DNA of 64,000 nucleotides from Erysipelotrichaceae bacterium (lineage in GTDB: Bacteria; Bacillota_I; Bacilli_A; Erysipelotrichales; Erysipelotrichaceae). The number at the start of each line of letters is the position of its first letter. The first letter of the stretch is position 1. The notes below the pieces were generated by a model that searched no databases, was not told the DNA's origin, and worked only from the letters and a program-made list of their open reading frames with translations. Shown piece after piece: positions 10,104-18,833 of the stretch. The translations under genes and the position numbers were made by a program. Location: the NCBI GenBank assembly GCA_009773735.1, contig WSYG01000004.1, forward strand, positions 1,932 to 65,931. Reading direction: 5' to 3'.

Positions 10104-10113
10104 ACGGGTTTTT
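10091..10113 (-). terminator. intrinsic terminator after darA
   Basis: Minus strand reads AAAACCC-GUAU-GGGUUUU followed by UCUUU. The 5' arm overlaps the darA stop codon. Confidence 0.5.
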
Positions 10114-10435
10114 AGACTTTAATGAACTTTTCAATATCGACCACAAAGATGGTGGCTCCCCCAATACTGACTTCTAGTGGGAAAGAGGCATATCTTCCTA
10201 AATCGTAAGAAGCGGTGGAAGGAACGATTTCTGTTCTGGTTTGACTTTCTTTTTTGATGAGGTCGATACATGCATCAACACGATCATCATCTGTCCCAAT
10301 CAGGAAGGTCGTATTGCCTAGTTTTAGGAACCCGCCTGTTGTGGATAATTTTGTTACTGAATAGTTCGATTTGGTCAGTTGACTCTGTAATGTATGGCTG
10401 TCTTCATTGGATACAATCGCGATGATGAGTTTCAT
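10112..10435 (-). CDS. darA: PII-like cyclic-di-AMP receptor (DarA/PstA, YaaQ family)
   Basis: 107 aa: MKLIIAIVSNEDSHTLQSQLTKSNYSVTKLSTTGGFLKLGNTTFLIGTDD...VSIGGATIFVV. This closely parallels B. subtilis YaaQ/DarA blocks (VTKLATTGGFL..GNTTF, GGATVFV). Confidence 0.85.
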   Translation of the reverse strand: MKLIIAIVSNEDSHTLQSQLTKSNYSVTKLSTTGGFLKLGNTTFLIGTDDDRVDACIDLIKKESQTRTEIVPSTASYDLGRYASFPLEVSIGGATIFVVDIEKFIKV

Positions 10436-10468
10436 AAAACCTCCTTGTATATCAATTATACAACAAAC

Positions 10469-11569
10469 CTATACGTTGAAGCGAAAATGCAAGATATCCC
10501 CGTCTTGAACCATATATTCCTTGCCTTCGATCCTTAATCTACCCGCATCTTTTACAGCTTGTTCAGTGCCATACTTCATGATGTCTTCATAATGATAAGC
10601 TTCGACTTTGATGAATCCTTTTTGGAAATCAGTATGAATGACCGCAGCACATTCAGGAGCTTTCATACCTTTTCTAAATGTCCATGCACGACATTCATCA
10701 GGACCTCCAGTTAAGAAAGACCATAGACCTAATAGATGATAAGTTGCCTTGATGATTTTATCGAGACCACTTTCTGTATAACCCAATTCTTCTAAGAAAA
10801 ATGCTTTTTCTTCATCCTCCATCTGTGAGAGTTCTTCTTCGATTTTCGCACATATGGCGATAACGTCACTGTTTTCAGATTCTGCAAACGCCTTTACAAT
10901 CTTATAATACGCATTGTTTTCTGGATCTTTGACTTCATCTTCAGACATATTGGCGATATAGATGACCGGTTTGGCAGTTAAAAGATGATAACTCTTTAAG
11001 ATTTCTTGTTCATTTTTATCTAAGGGTATTGTTCTTACTGAACGACCTGCCAATAAGACTTCATTGACTTTAGATAATAAAGCAAATTCAACCAAGCCAT
11101 CTTTATCTTTGGCTTTGGCTTTACGTTCTACTTTACCCAGTGATTTTTCTATGGATTGCTGATCGGCGATGATGAGTTCTAGATTGATGACTTCAATGTC
11201 GTTGAGGGGATCAATCGTCGCATGCACATGCGTAATGTTTGGATCATCAAAACACCTCACCACATGACATATCGCATCTACTTCTCGTATATGCGATAAA
11301 AACTGATTTCCCAGACCTTCTCCTTGAGAAGCTCCTTTGACCAGTCCTGCGATATCCGTGAATTCAAAAGTCGTATAAATGGTCTTCTTAGGTTTGAAGA
11401 TCTTAACTAAATCATCAACACGATGATCTTTGACTTCGACGACTCCGACATTGGGATTGATCGTGGCGAAGGGATAATTAGCGGCTTCCACTTGAGCGTG
11501 GGTGATCGCATTGAAGAGGGTAGATTTCCCTACGTTGGGCAATCCAACGATTCCGGCGGTTAGAGGCAT
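10469..11569 (-). CDS. ychF: redox-regulated ribosome-binding ATPase YchF
   Basis: G1 motif GIVGLPNVGKSTLFNA, DIAGLVKGAS, and a C-terminal TGS-like DGDILHFRFNV. Confidence 0.95.
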   Translation of the reverse strand: MPLTAGIVGLPNVGKSTLFNAITHAQVEAANYPFATINPNVGVVEVKDHRVDDLVKIFKPKKTIYTTFEFTDIAGLVKGASQGEGLGNQFLSHIREVDAICHVVRCFDDPNITHVHATIDPLNDIEVINLELIIADQQSIEKSLGKVERKAKAKDKDGLVEFALLSKVNEVLLAGRSVRTIPLDKNEQEILKSYHLLTAKPVIYIANMSEDEVKDPENNAYYKIVKAFAESENSDVIAICAKIEEELSQMEDEEKAFFLEELGYTESGLDKIIKATYHLLGLWSFLTGGPDECRAWTFRKGMKAPECAAVIHTDFQKGFIKVEAYHYEDIMKYGTEQAVKDAGRLRIEGKEYMVQDGDILHFRFNV

Positions 11570-11775
11570 TATTCGTGTGTCTCGCTTTCTGCTTTTTGGA
11601 CAATTTTCTTTAACTTCTTTTCAAAATCGCTGCGATCCAGCATAACTGCAGCACCACAGCCTAAACATTTGATCTTAATATCAGCCCCCATACGTATGAT
11701 CTTCCAGGTTTTGGCTTTATGACAGGGGTGTTCTTTCTTCATCTCAACGATGTCGTTTAAATCATAAAGAGCCAT
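11569..11775 (-). CDS. DUF951 family small protein (YyzM-like)
   Basis: 68 aa with HPCH...CLGCG cysteine pairs. It is directly coupled to ychF, as in Bacillus. Confidence 0.6.
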   Translation of the reverse strand: MALYDLNDIVEMKKEHPCHKAKTWKIIRMGADIKIKCLGCGAAVMLDRSDFEKKLKKIVQKAESETHE

Positions 11776-11777
11776 GT

Positions 11778-12629
11778 TTAGTTTCCGTTTCTTAAATGAT
11801 AAGCATCAATTGTATTTTGAAGTAAAGTGACAATGGTCATTGGACCAACTCCTTTAGGAACCGGTGAAATGGCTTTAACCAAATCCACCACGTTTTCAAA
11901 ATCAACGTCTCCTACCAATTTATCATCTACTTTATTGATTCCCACATCCACCACGACTGTTTTTTCGCTTAAGTAATCACGGGTAATCATTTTAGGTCTA
12001 CCGATGGCCGCAATCACAATGTCTGCCATACGTGTATGTTTAGGCATATCAACTGTCTTGGAGTGACATATGGTGACCGTACAGTTCTCGTTAGACAACA
12101 GTTGAGCCAATGGACGTCCTACCAACTGTGATCGTCCTAAGACGACCGCATGGGCTCCTTGTAGAGGAATATTGTATGTCTTTAGTAAAGTGACCACGCC
12201 TTTGGCTGTACAAGGTACAAAACCCTTCTCATTCATAACGAGTTTTGTGACGTTGACAGAATGTAAACCATCCACATCTTTATTCGGATCGATGGCTTCA
12301 ATCACTGCCTTCGCATCAAGACCCTTAGGTAAAGGCAGTTGAACCAAGATGCCATCGACTTGATCATCGTGATTGAGTTTTTCAACTTCTTCGATGACAG
12401 ACTCTAAAGTACTGTCTTCAGGCAACTGAATGATCTCGGATAAGAAACCAACTCGATTGCATGCTTTTGCTTTATTGGTCACATACGATAGAGAAGCTGG
12501 ATTGGTCCCAACTAAAATGACCACCAACTTAGGCAAACGTTGGTTTGCGACATTGATCAGATCGATCTGACTTTTAAGTAGATTCTCAATATCCAATGCG
12601 CACTGCTTACCATCGAGTAATATGGACAT
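11778..12629 (-). CDS. folD: bifunctional methylenetetrahydrofolate dehydrogenase/cyclohydrolase
   Basis: Blocks LVVILVGTNPASLSYV, GRSQLVGRPLAQLL, PVPKGVGPMT. The track ORF begins at a GTG (12638). The ATG at 12629 (MSILLDGK) is preceded by AGGTGA and is the more likely start. Confidence 0.9.
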   Translation of the reverse strand: MSILLDGKQCALDIENLLKSQIDLINVANQRLPKLVVILVGTNPASLSYVTNKAKACNRVGFLSEIIQLPEDSTLESVIEEVEKLNHDDQVDGILVQLPLPKGLDAKAVIEAIDPNKDVDGLHSVNVTKLVMNEKGFVPCTAKGVVTLLKTYNIPLQGAHAVVLGRSQLVGRPLAQLLSNENCTVTICHSKTVDMPKHTRMADIVIAAIGRPKMITRDYLSEKTVVVDVGINKVDDKLVGDVDFENVVDLVKAISPVPKGVGPMTIVTLLQNTIDAYHLRNGN

Positions 12630-12638
12630 AGTTGTCAC

Positions 12639-13073
12639 CTAGCTTTCATAGAGGATACTGACAGGACCATCATTGATTTGATGGATCTCCATCAGGGCTC
12701 TGAATCTTCCTGTTTCGACATGTACTTTTTCACTTAATAAACGATTAAAGGATTCATACAACTTTTCTGCTTGAATGGGGTCCATGGCTTGTGACAACGA
12801 AGGACGATGTCCTTTAGACGTATCTGCCATCAACGTAAATTGTGATATCGATAAGAGCGATCCCCCAACATCCATCACCGACAGATTCATTTTACCTTGA
12901 TCATCCTCAAAAAGTCGGGCCAAAGGAATTCTACTGGCCATCTTGATGACGTGATCAAGTGTATCGTCTGTGGAAAACCCCACATATAATACACAACCTG
13001 TCCCAATCTGTCCAACAGTCACTCCATTAACATAAACTTTAGCTTCTTTTACTTTTTGAACAAGGACCTTCAT
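12639..13073 (-). CDS. dtd: D-aminoacyl-tRNA deacylase
   Basis: 144 aa: MKVLVQKVKEAKV...SQFTLMADTSKGHRPS...GPV. Typical Dtd. Confidence 0.9.
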   Translation of the reverse strand: MKVLVQKVKEAKVYVNGVTVGQIGTGCVLYVGFSTDDTLDHVIKMASRIPLARLFEDDQGKMNLSVMDVGGSLLSISQFTLMADTSKGHRPSLSQAMDPIQAEKLYESFNRLLSEKVHVETGRFRALMEIHQINDGPVSILYES

Positions 13074-13126
13074 ACTTTCATTTTACTCTACTCTTGGATT
13101 TGTTAGAATAGGAATGAGGTATTTTA

Positions 13127-14380
13127 ATGAAACAACCTTTGGCTTATCGCTTACGCCCACAATCTTTAGATGAAGTTCTTGGTCAAAACCAACTTCTAAA
13201 CGATAAAGGATTACTAAAACGCTGTATTTTAGAAAAGCGACTTTTCTCGATGATCTTTTTTGGACCTCCAGGATCAGGTAAAACAACGGTCGCAGCCATC
13301 TTAGCGAAAGCTGTGGATTTGCCTTTAAAGGATTTCAATGCGGTAACCGGCAATAAGAAAGATCTGGATGAGATATTTTCAGAGTCTAAGATTGCGGGAC
13401 AACTGGTCGTGGTGATCGATGAAGTCCATCGTTTAAACAAAGATAAACAAGATTTATTATTGCCTTATGTGGAAGACGGGAAGATCATCATGATTGGACT
13501 GACCACTACCAATCCTTACTTCTCAATCAATCCTGCGATAAGATCACGATGTATTTTAGTAGAATTCAAAGCGTTAAGCGATGAAGAAATGATCCAAGCC
13601 ATTGATCAAGCACTACTTCATCCTAAAGCTGATCTTAAGGGAATACAGGTCAACAGCGAGGTCAAAGAAGCTTTGGTTAAGATGTCTAACGGAGATGTGA
13701 GAATCGCTTTAAACACCCTGGAAGTGCTCAGTATCGTATATCCTGAACAAGTGATCACACCCAGTGATCTACAAACACTTCATTTATCAGCCAATCAGAA
13801 TTTTGATTCAGGAGATGATGGTTATTATGATGCGTTAAGTGCATTTCAAAAGTCGATCAGAGGATCAGATGTCGATGGGGCACTTTATTATTTAGCCAGA
13901 TTGATTGTTGCAGAAGATCTTGATTCGATCGAAAGACGACTTTTGGTGACTGCTTATGAAGATATTGGATTAGCCAATCCAGCTTTAGTGGGCAGAACTT
14001 TAGCAGCGATCGATACCGCAAGACGAGTAGGTTTTCCTGAAGCCATCATTCCACTAGGTGACATCGTCATCGATCTAACATTGTCCCCGAAATCTAAGAG
14101 TGGTGTCAATGCGATCTCAAAGGCACTTGATGAGGTTAGAAATCATCCTTTATCAGTACCACCTTATTTACGTTTGACTCCAGTCAATATGGAAGATGAT
14201 GATAAGTATGACTATGGAAGACCTGACATATGGGCCAAGATCCAATACTTACCGGATGGGGTACAAAATCTTCCTTTCTATCAGCCCAATGAAAGTTCAC
14301 CTTATGAGAATACACTCAAACACAATCTAGATGAGTTGAATAAAATCAAACGCACTAAAGACATCAAGTCATTGAAATAA
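13127..14380 (+). CDS. rarA: replication-associated recombination protein A (AAA+ ATPase)
   Basis: Walker A FFGPPGSGKTT, Walker B VVVIDEVHRLNK, and a C-terminal MgsA block (SIRGSDVDGALYYLARL). GAGG lies 7-8 nt before the ATG. Confidence 0.9.
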   Translation: MKQPLAYRLRPQSLDEVLGQNQLLNDKGLLKRCILEKRLFSMIFFGPPGSGKTTVAAILAKAVDLPLKDFNAVTGNKKDLDEIFSESKIAGQLVVVIDEVHRLNKDKQDLLLPYVEDGKIIMIGLTTTNPYFSINPAIRSRCILVEFKALSDEEMIQAIDQALLHPKADLKGIQVNSEVKEALVKMSNGDVRIALNTLEVLSIVYPEQVITPSDLQTLHLSANQNFDSGDDGYYDALSAFQKSIRGSDVDGALYYLARLIVAEDLDSIERRLLVTAYEDIGLANPALVGRTLAAIDTARRVGFPEAIIPLGDIVIDLTLSPKSKSGVNAISKALDEVRNHPLSVPPYLRLTPVNMEDDDKYDYGRPDIWAKIQYLPDGVQNLPFYQPNESSPYENTLKHNLDELNKIKRTKDIKSLK

Positions 14381-14404
14381 GAAATCCAATACTGGGTTTC
14401 TTTT
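14381..14404 (+). terminator. intrinsic terminator after rarA
   Basis: GAAATCCA-ATAC-TGGGTTTC (8-bp stem with one G.U pair) followed by TTTT, immediately after the stop codon. Confidence 0.55.
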
Positions 14405-14427
14405 CTAGATAATATATATTGATATGA

Positions 14428-14469
14428 ATCGATAGTTAAGATACAATATATACATCGACAACTATCGAT
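14428..14469. promoter_or_regulatory. candidate ArsR operator (10-bp inverted repeat)
   Basis: ATCGATAGTT (14428-14437) and AACTATCGAT (14460-14469) are perfect inverted repeats 22 bp apart. They bracket an AT-rich promoter-like stretch 13 bp upstream of arsR. Confidence 0.45.
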
Positions 14470-14481
14470 ACATGGAGCTTT

Positions 14482-14796
14482 ATGGAACTCAATCTTACTC
14501 AGCAAGTCAATCTTTATAAAACCTTTTGCGATGAACAACGTTTGCAGATCATTGATCAACTCACCTATGGGGAAAGATGTGCCTGTGATCTTTTGGATAA
14601 ACTCAACATTGGGCAATCTACCCTGTCTCATCATATGCATCTCTTGGTTGAAAGCGGACTTGTACAAGCGCGTAGAGAAAGTAAATGGACCTACTACACC
14701 CTTAATGAATTGGTATGTACACAGGCCTTGAATCAGCTTAAACTCACGATGACCAAGAAAACTGATCAAGCCACAAACTGTGATTGTGAGAACTAA
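14482..14796 (+). CDS. arsR: ArsR/SmtB family metalloregulator
   Basis: 104 aa: GERCACDLLDKLNIGQSTLSHHMHLL, i.e. a CxC metal site preceding the HTH. It is the first gene of an arsR-acr3-arsC operon. Confidence 0.85.
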   Translation: MELNLTQQVNLYKTFCDEQRLQIIDQLTYGERCACDLLDKLNIGQSTLSHHMHLLVESGLVQARRESKWTYYTLNELVCTQALNQLKLTMTKKTDQATNCDCEN

Positions 14797-14799
14797 AGT

Positions 14800-15846
14800 A
14801 TGAAATCTACACAAATCGAAGGCATCAATTTCTTTCAGAAGTATCTGACTTTATGGGTTGCCTTATGTATGGCGTTGGGTGTATTTATTGGCCAAAGTTT
14901 TCCTGCCTTTGTATCCTTTTTTAATCAGTTTGAGTTTGCGAATATTTCTATTCCGATCGCCATCTTGATTTGGGTCATGATTTATCCCATGATGATGAAG
15001 GTTGATTTCCAAAGCATCAAAGATGTGGGGAAGAATCCTAAAGGATTATATGTGACTTGGGTCGTCAATTGGATCATCAAACCTTTCACGATGTTTGCGA
15101 TTGCAGCATTTTTCTTATCCAGTGTGTTTGGTCAATGGATCACTCCTGATTTGGCTCAACAATACTTAGCTGGAGCCATTCTATTAGGGGCTGCACCGTG
15201 TACTGCCATGGTGTTTGTTTGGAGTACCTTAACCAAAGGAAATCCTGCTTATACCGTTATACAAGTTGCTACAAATGATTTGATTATTCTGATTGCTTTT
15301 GTTCCACTTGTTAAATTTCTACTGGGTGTCAGTCAAGTGAGTGTTCCTTGGGATACTTTGATTTTATCGGTTGTCTTGTTTGTGGTCATTCCTTTAACAG
15401 CAGGTATATTGACCAGAGTCTTTATGATCAAACGAATAGGCCTAGAATCTTTCAATCAAAATTTCTTGCCTAAGTTTGATAATATGACAGTCATCGGACT
15501 CTTATTGACTTTGATTTTACTGTTTTCCTTTCAAGGTGAAGTCATTCTACAAAATCCTTTCCACATCCTATTGATTGCAGTTCCTTTGGTGATTCAAACC
15601 TTCCTCATCTTCTTTATTGCTTATTTCGCAAGTAAATGGTTGAAGTTGCCTCATGATATCGCAGCACCAGCTGGTATGATCGGTGCTTCTAATTTCTTTG
15701 AATTGTCGGTTGCGGTTGCAATCGCTTTGTTTGGGACAACATCGCCAGCTGTATTAGCCACTGTTGTGGGGGTATTGACAGAAGTACCAGTCATGTTAAT
15801 ATTGGTGAAGATTGCCAACAATACAAAACATTGGTTTACCACATAA
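14800..15846 (+). CDS. acr3: ACR3 family arsenite efflux transporter
   Basis: 348-aa 10-TM protein starting 4 nt after arsR. It has an ACR3-like N-terminus (FFQKYLTLWVALCMALGV) and the block GAAPCTAMVFVWS. Confidence 0.85.
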   Translation: MKSTQIEGINFFQKYLTLWVALCMALGVFIGQSFPAFVSFFNQFEFANISIPIAILIWVMIYPMMMKVDFQSIKDVGKNPKGLYVTWVVNWIIKPFTMFAIAAFFLSSVFGQWITPDLAQQYLAGAILLGAAPCTAMVFVWSTLTKGNPAYTVIQVATNDLIILIAFVPLVKFLLGVSQVSVPWDTLILSVVLFVVIPLTAGILTRVFMIKRIGLESFNQNFLPKFDNMTVIGLLLTLILLFSFQGEVILQNPFHILLIAVPLVIQTFLIFFIAYFASKWLKLPHDIAAPAGMIGASNFFELSVAVAIALFGTTSPAVLATVVGVLTEVPVMLILVKIANNTKHWFTT

Positions 15847-15874
15847 ACAAGATCGAAAGATCCAAGGAGAAAAC

Positions 15875-16312
15875 GTGAAAAAAGTATTGTTTATCTGTAT
15901 TCATAATTCCGCAAGAAGCCAAATGGCAGAAGCCTTCCTTAATCGTTTGGGAGAAGGCAAATATGTGGCTGAAAGTGCCGGTCTAGAACCTGGTAACTTA
16001 AATCCTTTTGTGGTTGAAGTCATGAAAGAAATTGGTTATGACATCAGTCAGAATCTTACCAAATCTGTGTTTGATTTTCATCAAGCCGGGAAAAAATATG
16101 ACTATGTCGTCAAAGTCTGTGATGCGATGAGCGGTCAACAATGCCCCATCTTCCCAGGTGCTTTGCTAACCCTTAACTGGAATCTGGAAGATCCTTCTTC
16201 ACTCTTTGGAACTCACGAGGAAAGATTAGTTAGAACAAGAAGGATTCGTGATCTTGTCTTAGAAAAGGTCAATCAATTCTTAATAGACCCTAGTAGTAGT
16301 GAACAAAAATAA
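15875..16312 (+). CDS. arsC: thioredoxin-coupled arsenate reductase (LMW-PTP type)
   Basis: P-loop CIHNSARSQMAE. The track ORF starts at 15812 inside acr3. The in-frame GTG at 15875 is preceded by AAGGAGA at 15864-15870 and gives the usual MKKVLFIC N-terminus. Confidence 0.85.
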   Translation: MKKVLFICIHNSARSQMAEAFLNRLGEGKYVAESAGLEPGNLNPFVVEVMKEIGYDISQNLTKSVFDFHQAGKKYDYVVKVCDAMSGQQCPIFPGALLTLNWNLEDPSSLFGTHEERLVRTRRIRDLVLEKVNQFLIDPSSSEQK

Positions 16313-16345
16313 ACTGGCATATTTACCATTACTTTAAGCTAACTA

Positions 16346-16367
16346 AAAGGTCCAAAATTGGACCTTT
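16346..16367. terminator. bidirectional terminator
   Basis: AAAGGTCCA-AAAT-TGGACCTTT between convergent arsC and the DUF4097 gene. Confidence 0.6.
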
Positions 16368-16370
16368 GTC

Positions 16371-17402
16371 TTATTCTATTTCGAAATCTCCACTGATGCT
16401 TTTTAGATTAACTTTTGATGTACCATCACCGATGGTAATGGTTTGATTGTGTCGTGGTGTGTCATATTCTGCATCGCCAATGCTGAGTGAACCGCTATTG
16501 GAGATGAAGGCAATTGAGAAACCTTTATTTGCGATGTCCAATTCTAGTTCATAGTCACCACTGACGGTATTGATATTCAAGGCTTCAATGTCTGAAGCTT
16601 TTAAGCTTCCATCACCTGAAGTCGTGTTGACCCGCATTTGTTTCGCGGTTCCGTCATATTCAATGTCTCCACTCACGGTTTCGATGTTGCACGCATCCCC
16701 AACATGTTCAAAGATATTGATGTCTCCGCTTACAGTTTTGATTTGTATGTCTCCAGTAACTTTGGTAAAATCGATGTCGCTGGATACCCCAACAACTTTG
16801 ATCGCTTTCGCTTTAAGGTCATCCACACCGATATCTCCGCTCATACTATGAATATCCAAATGCTCCACAACAAAATCATCGATCCTAATGTCTCCACTAG
16901 CAGTCTTACACACCAATTCTATTAAATTCTTAGGCAACAAGAGATTTAGATCAATCGGATCAACGTTGTGCCAAAACAATCGATTTGCGTTTGTGACTGC
17001 AACCAATAGGGTATTACCTTCTTGTCTGGTTGTTACATCGGTTGATAATTTACCTAGGATACGTTTTGAGACTTCATAATCGATGTGAGTTTGATCATCT
17101 TGAGATGCAATGATGGTGACATTCGCATGTACCCCATCTATGATGACGCGTTCTATTTTTGTATTAAATGTTTTTCTGAAATCATGGGTGTCTTGTCTTT
17201 GTGTTTCTAATCGTTTCAAGTCTAATGATTGAACCAAATCATCAACAGGTCCTAATGAATCTATGATGTCTTTCTCTGATTTTCCTTCACTGAGACCGAT
17301 ATCAAAATGTTCTTTGAAATCAGCCATCAGTTCATCTTTATCTTGCGGATCTAAAGCATCCAAAGCTTCTTCTAATTGCTTTAAGTAATCTTTCTGTGTC
17401 AT
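16371..17402 (-). CDS. DUF1700 (HAAS-like) N-domain fused to a DUF4097 beta-helical repeat domain
   Basis: N-terminus DYLKQLEEALDALDPQDKDELMADFKEHFD is DUF1700-like. About ten degenerate repeats follow, centred on SGDI (ASGDIRIDD, MSGDIGVDD, TGDIQIK, VSGDINIF, VSGDIEYD, VSGDYELE, ISGDFEIE). The start lies 14 nt after padR. Confidence 0.65.
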   Translation of the reverse strand: MTQKDYLKQLEEALDALDPQDKDELMADFKEHFDIGLSEGKSEKDIIDSLGPVDDLVQSLDLKRLETQRQDTHDFRKTFNTKIERVIIDGVHANVTIIASQDDQTHIDYEVSKRILGKLSTDVTTRQEGNTLLVAVTNANRLFWHNVDPIDLNLLLPKNLIELVCKTASGDIRIDDFVVEHLDIHSMSGDIGVDDLKAKAIKVVGVSSDIDFTKVTGDIQIKTVSGDINIFEHVGDACNIETVSGDIEYDGTAKQMRVNTTSGDGSLKASDIEALNINTVSGDYELELDIANKGFSIAFISNSGSLSIGDAEYDTPRHNQTITIGDGTSKVNLKSISGDFEIE

Positions 17403-17415
17403 GATGGTCCCCTTT

Positions 17416-17721
17416 CTATTGGATCAATCGATCGACTTGCTGAATGAAATCCAACCAGCCATGTTTTAATGCTTGAGTGTAATCTAAACCTTTTGTGGTC
17501 AGCTTATAGTACTTACGGGCTGGTCCTTCCGCGGTTTCAACCAAATAGGTTTCTACATACTGTTCATCTTTAAGACGTCTCAGCAACAAATACAAAGTTC
17601 CGCTGGCAACACTCATTTCCTGAGAAATAGTTTCTGTCAATTCGTAACCGTATTGTTCAGCTTTGGCCAATTGAGCCAACACACAGAGTTCCAACACGCC
17701 TTTTTTAAATTGTGCATTCAT
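17416..17721 (-). CDS. PadR family transcriptional regulator
   Basis: 101 aa: KGVLELCVLAQLAKAEQYGYEL...GTLYLLLRRLKDEQYVE...RKYYKLT, the canonical PadR winged helix. Confidence 0.9.
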   Translation of the reverse strand: MNAQFKKGVLELCVLAQLAKAEQYGYELTETISQEMSVASGTLYLLLRRLKDEQYVETYLVETAEGPARKYYKLTTKGLDYTQALKHGWLDFIQQVDRLIQ

Positions 17722-17792
17722 AGGTTTTTCTCCTTATGCGATAAATATATCACTATGTATGTAGTAATGCAATATATATTGTTTAATATTTC

Positions 17793-17818
17793 AAATAAAA
17801 ACAGCTTTAAGGCTGTTT
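17793..17818 (-). terminator. intrinsic terminator after czcD
   Basis: AACAGC/GCTGTT stem with the czcD stop codon in the loop, followed by UUUUUAUU on the minus strand. Confidence 0.5.
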
Positions 17819-18706
17819 TGTTGGATCTGGTTTATATTGTGGATTAAAGGGTTCTAAGTGTGTGATGACTTGAACCATGGATTCTTCGAAATGATCTTGG
17901 AGTACCCTTTCAATCGTATGAGATAAATAATGGGCATCGATAAGACTCACTTGCGCATCAGTCAAAACATGAAGATCGATGAACAAATTGGACAAGGTAC
18001 CTCGTGATCGAACATGATGAACCCCTTTTACTTCAGGTAAACGCAAGACGACTTCTGTGATGATTGCTTCATCAACAACTTTAGAGTCAAGTAAAATAGC
18101 ACTGGCCATCTTAAAGATCTCATAGGCTGCAAATAAGATCACCCCTGCGACAACTAAAGAAACTAAAGGGTCAATCCAAATAGGTAAACCAAGTTTAATT
18201 AAAACAAGGGATAAAATAACGCCTAAAGTAACAAACACATCACTACGTGTATGCATCGCATCACTTATAAGTAGAGTTGAATGAAGTTTCTTGCCTTGTT
18301 TATATTCATAGGTCGTCACAAACAAATTGATGACTAACGTTGAAATCATAACCACAAAGGTAATGACATCGATGGTAGGAACAACAGGATTATAAAACTT
18401 TGAGATGGCTTCACTGATGATTTGAAAACTTAAGAAGAAAAGCATCCCGACGATGAGTAAAGAGCTTAGGGTCTCATATTTACCATGACCATATGGATGA
18501 TCTTCATCAACAGGACGACTCGCTAAAGACATCCCAACCAGTCCTATGACATTACTGGATCCATCGGTCAGTGAATGATATCCATCTGCCAAGATTGAAG
18601 CAGAATTGCTTAGTGCTCCAAGTCCGATTTTTGCGAACGCTACCGCTAAATTCGCAAACAAGATGACCCAAAGAATACGTTTGATTGATTTAACGGATAT
18701 AGGCAT
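17807..18706 (-). CDS. czcD: cation diffusion facilitator (CDF) metal efflux transporter
   Basis: Blocks DGYHSLTDGSSN, HPYGHGKYE and ISDAMHTRSDV, with six TM helices. The track start (18745) lies inside the leader terminator. The ATG at 18706 (MPISVKS) is preceded by AAGGAGAAAAAAT. Confidence 0.85.
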   Translation of the reverse strand: MPISVKSIKRILWVILFANLAVAFAKIGLGALSNSASILADGYHSLTDGSSNVIGLVGMSLASRPVDEDHPYGHGKYETLSSLLIVGMLFFLSFQIISEAISKFYNPVVPTIDVITFVVMISTLVINLFVTTYEYKQGKKLHSTLLISDAMHTRSDVFVTLGVILSLVLIKLGLPIWIDPLVSLVVAGVILFAAYEIFKMASAILLDSKVVDEAIITEVVLRLPEVKGVHHVRSRGTLSNLFIDLHVLTDAQVSLIDAHYLSHTIERVLQDHFEESMVQVITHLEPFNPQYKPDPTKQP

Positions 18707-18726
18707 ATTTTTTCTCCTTGAGGGTA

Positions 18727-18830
18727 TAAAAAACCCACGAAACACATTCTGTCCCGTGGATCACTTGATTTTCCACTGCCTTAACGGCCCAGCCCCACAA
18801 ACCTTATCGGTTCATCGCCTGCTCAGTATG
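18727..18830 (-). promoter_or_regulatory. candidate NiCo (czcD-motif) riboswitch with terminator expression platform
   Basis: Minus strand reads CAUACUG-AGCAGGC-(hairpin GAUGAACC GAUAA GGUUUGUG)-GGGCUGGGCCGUUAAGGCA-(hairpin GUGGA..UCCAC)-GGGACAGAAUG. CAUACUG/CAGAAUG can form P1. The CCACGGGA...UUUCGUGG hairpin plus UUUUUUA overlaps the GGGACAG/P1 3' strand. The location is the 5' leader of a CDF exporter. Conserved blocks were recalled from memory, not scored with a model. Confidence 0.55.
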
Positions 18831-18833
18831 CCT

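Noticed and set aside
10091-10113. Near-identical hairpins AAAACCC-NUAC/GUAU-GGGUUUU here and at 33786-33807, considered as copies of a dispersed repeat element
   Set aside because: Both sit exactly at gene 3' ends with U-tracts. They are short enough that the similarity is explained by ordinary terminator composition, and no extended flanking homology exists.
14302-14814. 170-aa minus-strand ORF spanning the rarA 3' end, the ars promoter and all of arsR
   Set aside because: It overlaps a terminator, an operator and a well-supported arsR gene on the other strand. It is Cys- and Phe-rich with no recognisable domain, so it is spurious.
16570-17079. Three overlapping plus-strand ORFs (93, 95 and 63 aa) opposite the DUF4097 gene
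   Set aside because: They arise because the repetitive SGDI-coding DNA lacks stops on the antisense strand. Their sequences are themselves repetitive (MSPLTV...) and no start signals are present.
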